DNA of 64,000 nucleotides from positions 17,768 through 81,767 of IMG/VR virus record IMGVR_UViG_3300033145_001320; one strand, given 5' to 3'. This document shows, in pieces, positions 59,266-64,000 of the stretch. Source of the stretch: a virus. The notes beneath the pieces were generated by a model. The model did not search any database. It was not told the DNA's origin and worked only from the letters and a program-made list of their open reading frames with translations. The translations under genes and the position numbers were made by a program. Within the stretch, counting starts at the first letter, position 1, and each line of letters opens with the position of its first letter.

Positions 59266-59649
59266 TTAATCAATATTTTCCGGTATTTCATTTGGTTTTA
59301 AATATTTACTTAACTTAACTACTTCGTATCGTATGATAGAATTAATAATATCAGACCATGTATCTTCATCAAATATGCCATCTGCCAAATCATTACCACG
59401 TAACCAATCTTCACCAGCTCTTGCTTTTCTTACTTGGACTTGACAACCAAGATATCCCTCATCTTTTTCTCTATCTATTGCAATTATAAAATATTGATAT
59501 TCTTCTGTGTAAAATGCAAATCTTCGATATACTTCTACGCCTGGTTCGCATTGTCCTTCTATATCCTGTATAAAATCTGAAAGTTTACCAGGATATATTA
59601 ATTGATTGAGCCAACGGTCTAGTTGCTGCATTTTGGTTTCTTCATCCAT
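59266..59649 (-). CDS. Hypothetical protein
   Basis: 127-aa ORF with RBS. Confidence 0.7.
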   Translation of the reverse strand: MDEETKMQQLDRWLNQLIYPGKLSDFIQDIEGQCEPGVEVYRRFAFYTEEYQYFIIAIDREKDEGYLGCQVQVRKARAGEDWLRGNDLADGIFDEDTWSDIINSIIRYEVVKLSKYLKPNEIPENID

Positions 59650-59653
59650 TTCA

Positions 59654-60028
59654 TTACTCCTTCCATAACTGAAATATTGGGTCTATCCATTCAGGGCACT
59701 TTGACCTAGCAAATATAACTACTCCCTGTATGTTCATTTTTGAAGACAAGACATGTTCTTTTTTTGCTTGTTCCATTGATTTTCCTGTTGTTAACACATC
59801 ATCTACAATAAGAATGGTTTCATATTGATCATTACAATATTGTTTTAGTTCGTTTGCTAATTTAATACCGCCAGTTGGAATACCATATATATATATATAT
59901 TTAAAATTGTATTTTTGCGCTATTATATATGCTATAGTTTGTGTATCTTCGTCTATTAAACTATCACATTCAATTTTAAAATATAGATTTAAACCAGAAT
60001 GTGAAACAAAGTCTTTTCGTATAAACAT
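59654..60028 (-). CDS. Type I phosphoribosyltransferase (short orotate-PRT-like)
   Basis: FVSHSG, GIPTGG, LIVDDVLTTGKSM (PRPP loop). Confidence 0.85.
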   Translation of the reverse strand: MFIRKDFVSHSGLNLYFKIECDSLIDEDTQTIAYIIAQKYNFKYIYIYGIPTGGIKLANELKQYCNDQYETILIVDDVLTTGKSMEQAKKEHVLSSKMNIQGVVIFARSKCPEWIDPIFQLWKE

Positions 60029-60038
60029 CTAATTCTCC

Positions 60039-61769
60039 TTATATTTCACAAGATCCTGTTCCACACTTGACCTGATCTTCATTAAGATTATTATCTGTAT
60101 CAGAATCACTTTTAATATAAGATATAACCTCTTCTTCTGACACTCTATTTAAAATCTGGCCTTCTCTTGATCCGTCACGATAAACAGTAACACCTTTTAG
60201 ATCATGAATATATTCTAACAACAAATTACTTAAATCTGCATCCGTTGTTTTATTTGGAAGATTGATTGTTTTACTTACAGATGCATCACAGAACTTTTGA
60301 CATGCAACCTGCATTTCAAAATGATCTTTTGGTTCAAGATCAAATGAATCAACAAACCATTCAGGAACTTCTTCATCGTTTAAAATCATATCTTGATATT
60401 GTGGATGAACATACATTCTATCTCCAACTCTATCTTTACGAATCATTGCTTTTGCAAACAAGGGTTCGATTGCACTTGTATAATCAGCAATAAGAGAAAT
60501 GGTTCCTGTTGGTGCGAGCGCCATTGAAGTACAATTACGGATGCCACGTTTCTTTATATCCATTCTTAATGTAGCTGGAAGTTTTCTAACAAATGATGCT
60601 TTTCCATATGAGATTGGATCAAATTGTGGGAATGCTCCCTTTTCAATTGCCAGTTCCATTGATGCTTGATAACATGAGTTTCTAATGAATTGCATTAACC
60701 TTTCAGTTTCATCTACTGCTTTTTGAGATCCATATCGAACTTTTTTAGCAAATAGATATTCTGCTAATCCAATAACACCAATACCAATACGTCTGGATTT
60801 ATGAGCATTAATATCAATATCTTTTAATACATATTTATTTACTTCAATTACATTATCAAGAAAACGAACTACAAGTTTAATTGTTGCTTCAAGTTTTTTC
60901 CAGTTTGTATTAATGTTTCCTGTAATGAAATTAGGTAGGACTAATGAACCAAGATCACAAACTCCATATGGTCCGAGGGTTGTTTCTCCGCATGGATTTG
61001 TACCCATAACAGGTTCAAAATAATATGAATTGTTCTTTGAGAAATTTGTCCAATTGATAAGACCTGGTTCAGCACAATCAACCATATTCGTTACAATCTT
61101 ATTCCAAATATCTCTAGCTTTAATTTTACCATAATCTTTTTGTTTGAATTTAAATGTCCAATATATATCCGCTTCAACTGCTAATAAGAAATCATCATTA
61201 ACAGAAACAGATATATTAAAATGCGAAAGTTTTCCATGTGCTAACTTTGCATCAATAAAATCAATAACTTCAGGATGTGAAACATCAACATGAGCAATTG
61301 CTGCTGCACGTCTTGATCCTCCACTTTCAATTGTGTCTGCTACTCGATCAAATGATTCTAAGAAACTCACAAGTCCTGATGAGGTTCCACCCTTACCAAA
61401 TATACGATCTCCAGCTGGTCTTAAAGGTGTAAAATTGATCCCTACTCCACCACCTTCACTCCATAAAATTAAACTATCTTTTAAACATTGCCCGATTTCT
61501 TCAATTGAATCTCCTATTGGTAAATGATAACAATTGAATAATGAACCACGTGGTCGTCCGCAATTTCTTAAAATACGTCCGCCGGGAAGAAAGTCCATAT
61601 TGTATATCATACTTGCAAAGTCATCATTATATTTTTCTCTTTGATTTACCTCTGGTAATGATATTGTGTTAGCTACACGCTCAGCACACTTTTCCCAATT
61701 CTCACCATCCATAAAGTATCTACTGTTTGCTACTTCTAATGCATTATCAGATAATGTCACTTGTTTCAT
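60039..61769 (-). CDS. nrdJ: Class II (adenosylcobalamin-dependent) ribonucleotide reductase
   Basis: PGGRIL, FNC, GGGVG, FNISV, TNPCGE, CDLGS, APTGTIS, SKTIN, YRDGSR, C-terminal CxxGxC; no R2 gene adjacent. Confidence 0.88.
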   Translation of the reverse strand: MKQVTLSDNALEVANSRYFMDGENWEKCAERVANTISLPEVNQREKYNDDFASMIYNMDFLPGGRILRNCGRPRGSLFNCYHLPIGDSIEEIGQCLKDSLILWSEGGGVGINFTPLRPAGDRIFGKGGTSSGLVSFLESFDRVADTIESGGSRRAAAIAHVDVSHPEVIDFIDAKLAHGKLSHFNISVSVNDDFLLAVEADIYWTFKFKQKDYGKIKARDIWNKIVTNMVDCAEPGLINWTNFSKNNSYYFEPVMGTNPCGETTLGPYGVCDLGSLVLPNFITGNINTNWKKLEATIKLVVRFLDNVIEVNKYVLKDIDINAHKSRRIGIGVIGLAEYLFAKKVRYGSQKAVDETERLMQFIRNSCYQASMELAIEKGAFPQFDPISYGKASFVRKLPATLRMDIKKRGIRNCTSMALAPTGTISLIADYTSAIEPLFAKAMIRKDRVGDRMYVHPQYQDMILNDEEVPEWFVDSFDLEPKDHFEMQVACQKFCDASVSKTINLPNKTTDADLSNLLLEYIHDLKGVTVYRDGSREGQILNRVSEEEVISYIKSDSDTDNNLNEDQVKCGTGSCEI

Positions 61770-61782
61770 AATTGTTTGTCTC

Positions 61783-62655
61783 CTAATAATCTGTAGTGAT
61801 TGTAAGATGGAATTTTTCTGTTGCTTGATGTCTCTTTGTAAATAAATACCCATCAACTTCAGCTATATTCCATTCAGTTAATTTACATAGTTCTCGCATT
61901 GCGAGTATTGTCGCCGAACGGATCTCACATTCTTCTTTTGAGTTTTTTGGAATTAGTTTGTCTTCAGTAATGGACATTGAAAGGTAAGGATGATATGTAA
62001 TACAATCAAGCGATTCTAACATTTTAGGGATTTGATAATCCGCAGGAACATGTAACATTTTTAATTCCTCTTTGAACCAACCAAATCTTCTGTTTAGTTG
62101 GATAAAAAATAACGATGCTCGTTTTAAAAATATGTCTGATGCAAAACCTGGGAATGATATAATCATTAACTTAAAAAAATCTTCAAATTCATGATAACGA
62201 CTCATACCAATAGTATAACAATTGTCAATTTCATTGCAAAAATCAAGTGCTCCATTTTTTAATTCATTGAGATGTTTGATTCTTTCTTCTAATAGTGGAA
62301 ATCTTTGAATCGCTAAATGTTTTACAAATGTATCAATACAACTTGAAAATCGTTTTGCATTTGGTATAAAGTTATAAAAGCTCTCATCCAATAGTTCATA
62401 CATAACTGTTGATGATGCACCATTCGGTCTCACCGTACTTTTACCATACCAATAACAATAATTTATTGATGCTGCTACCAGTTCCATTACAACACCCTTG
62501 AGCGAGTCCGTTACAACCGGTAGCGGGAATTTTGGTGGGTCTGCTGAAGTCATTGTTCGTGCTAATTCGCTTAAATTCTCATAGTTTATCTTAACCCATT
62601 CTGAGTCAGACATAAACTGTTCTGCAATTTCATAAACGTTATTTATCAAATTCAT
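61783..62655 (-). CDS. Queuosine salvage protein (QNG1/DUF2419-like Q-nucleotide glycosylase)
   Basis: INYCYW, FPLLEER, FPGFASD.FLKRA.L, PADYQIPKML, ECEIRSA, EVD.YL, HLTITTDY. Confidence 0.85.
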   Translation of the reverse strand: MNLINNVYEIAEQFMSDSEWVKINYENLSELARTMTSADPPKFPLPVVTDSLKGVVMELVAASINYCYWYGKSTVRPNGASSTVMYELLDESFYNFIPNAKRFSSCIDTFVKHLAIQRFPLLEERIKHLNELKNGALDFCNEIDNCYTIGMSRYHEFEDFFKLMIISFPGFASDIFLKRASLFFIQLNRRFGWFKEELKMLHVPADYQIPKMLESLDCITYHPYLSMSITEDKLIPKNSKEECEIRSATILAMRELCKLTEWNIAEVDGYLFTKRHQATEKFHLTITTDY

Positions 62656-62713
62656 ACCTTCTCCTTTCACATTTACAAACATTTGTTCTAAATTCTTATG
62701 AGGATGACCAATC

Positions 62714-63166
62714 TTATTCTTCGTGGTCTACTCCAGCTTCTTTCTCCATTTTTGATAATCGAGTATAATAATCAGGGATTTCTGCTAAGTGATCCCATGC
62801 TATCTTTTCAGAAATTGTTGGACACGTTGTATGCTCCATTTCAACTTTAATGCCCATCTTAATTTGCTCTGGATCATAATTACTATTTTTTCCTTTTGAC
62901 CTTCCTTCGCTTAATATGGAACTTAAGACTGCATAAATATACTTTTCAAATTCATGTTTATCAATTCCCATTTCATTTGCAAGTTTATGAATAGCATCAT
63001 CATTCGGATAAGGATTTTTCATAAACCATAAAACAATTGATTTCTTTATTTCGTTTTCCTTTTGATTATCCTGTTCCATTAATATTTGTTCTTTATTTTC
63101 GATCTTTAACTTTTTTGGGTTACTTGTATTTAGATCTTTTAAAGCGCTTAAATATTGTGGATCCAT
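62714..63166 (-). CDS. DUF5661-like protein
   Basis: MGIKVEMEHT...IAWDHLAEIPDYYTRL. Confidence 0.75.
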   Translation of the reverse strand: MDPQYLSALKDLNTSNPKKLKIENKEQILMEQDNQKENEIKKSIVLWFMKNPYPNDDAIHKLANEMGIDKHEFEKYIYAVLSSILSEGRSKGKNSNYDPEQIKMGIKVEMEHTTCPTISEKIAWDHLAEIPDYYTRLSKMEKEAGVDHEE

Positions 63167-63190
63167 TTTAATATACTCCTTAGAAATTTA

Positions 63191-63685
63191 TTAATTCTTT
63201 AAATATGTCATTTTCTTTTCAATAATCTTATATCTAGAGTCATCTGGAAATATAATGTCTCTAATCGGTATGTCTTTTAAGTATAAATATTCATCAAATA
63301 GTTTTTGTTCAAGTTTTTTAGGGTTTAAATAATCCAAGTATTTACTTTCAACTTTAACTAATAATACTGGACCTCTATGCTTCTTAAATAATTCAGCTTT
63401 TATACTCATACCTATAGAAAATGATTTAGCAAATTTATAATATGATGTTACCCATAGTACCTTAGCATTGTAATATTTACCTTTAGGTTTAAATTCAGGA
63501 TAACCTGTATAATCCTTCATATGTTCTCTTTTTAAACCTTGCCTTTTAATAACTGATTCATTCTTTTTAATAGTCCCATGATACAACCACATATATTTAT
63601 TCTTTAACTTGTATGTTAATACCTCTTTCCTTTCAGCTTCATTAAGATATGCTAAGTATTTATCAATCATCCTATCTTGTTTCAT
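63191..63685 (-). CDS. ADP-ribosyltransferase / Tpt1-KptA-like fold protein
   Basis: LYHGT...IKRQGLK...LWVT...FAKSFS...VLLVKV...EYLYLKDIP. Confidence 0.65.
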   Translation of the reverse strand: MKQDRMIDKYLAYLNEAERKEVLTYKLKNKYMWLYHGTIKKNESVIKRQGLKREHMKDYTGYPEFKPKGKYYNAKVLWVTSYYKFAKSFSIGMSIKAELFKKHRGPVLLVKVESKYLDYLNPKKLEQKLFDEYLYLKDIPIRDIIFPDDSRYKIIEKKMTYLKN

Positions 63686-64000
63686 TAATATACTCCTATA
63701 TCCTTTAAAAATTTATCAATATCAAGTTGTTTCATTCTGATTCTAAAGAACTCTGATATAGTTGGTGCATATGGTTGTACTTTCATATACATTTTTGCTT
63801 CAGTTGGGGTTCTGTCATTTTTCTTATTGTTGCATGATCGACATGAGGCAACGCAATTTTCAAATGATGATTTTCCACCTCTTGAAGATGGAATAATATG
63901 ATCAACTGAAAGATCATGAATACTCCCACAATATACACATTTATTGTTATCCCTTGTTAAAACATTTTTCTTGCTATAAGGAACACGATTACGGTATATC
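63685..64000 (-). CDS. HNH endonuclease (McrA/HNH_5-like), 5' end outside window
   Basis: Manual translation: RDNNKCVYCG...VDHIIPSSRGGKSSFENCVASCRSCNNKKNDRTP. Confidence 0.9.
   Translation of the reverse strand, partial: IYRNRVPYSKKNVLTRDNNKCVYCGSIHDLSVDHIIPSSRGGKSSFENCVASCRSCNNKKNDRTPTEAKMYMKVQPYAPTISEFFRIRMKQLDIDKFLKDIGVY

Noticed and set aside
59885-59901. (TA)n run in the PRTase gene as a phase-variation tract
   Set aside because: In frame (YIYIY), short and a single instance; could be a 6-nt duplication or an assembly artefact
250-61527. Plus-strand ORFs in the ORF track
   Set aside because: All lie antisense to well-supported minus-strand genes or spacers and lack motifs or RBSs

Overview
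This AT-rich window comes from a large (jumbo/huge) dsDNA bacteriophage genome, probably a myovirus. Essentially all genes lie on the minus strand with AGGAG-type RBSs and standard stop codons. It encodes: (1) a ubiquitin-like conjugation cassette (E2-like, JAB, E1/ThiF, Ubl, second ThiF); (2) replication and repair genes (Mre11/Rad50, SF2 helicase, two type IIA topoisomerase subunits, RecA/UvsX, SSB-like, Cas4-like nuclease, class II RNR); (3) five paralogues sharing an N-terminal DF[VI][TA]NSSS motif near a radical SAM gene; (4) a MoxR-vWA pair; (5) its own beta and beta' RNA polymerase subunits; (6) baseplate genes (PAAR, gp5/Vgr-like, gp53-like) and an amidase; (7) QueD, a queuosine-salvage hydrolase, heptose kinase, KhpA, a mini-pilin and five HNH nucleases. 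The most striking unannotated feature is at 32.5-33.1 kb. Behind a recurrent promoter-like motif sits a tandem array of four structured non-coding RNA units that share a gap-free 20-nt motif and show compensatory base changes. Two of them enclose tRNA-like cloverleafs (anticodons GAU and UUA). The array lies directly upstream of a TROVE/Ro60-like vWA gene and an ARPP-like gene, making it a candidate new Ro/Y-RNA-like ribonucleoprotein system. Several apparent frameshifts suggest sequence errors.
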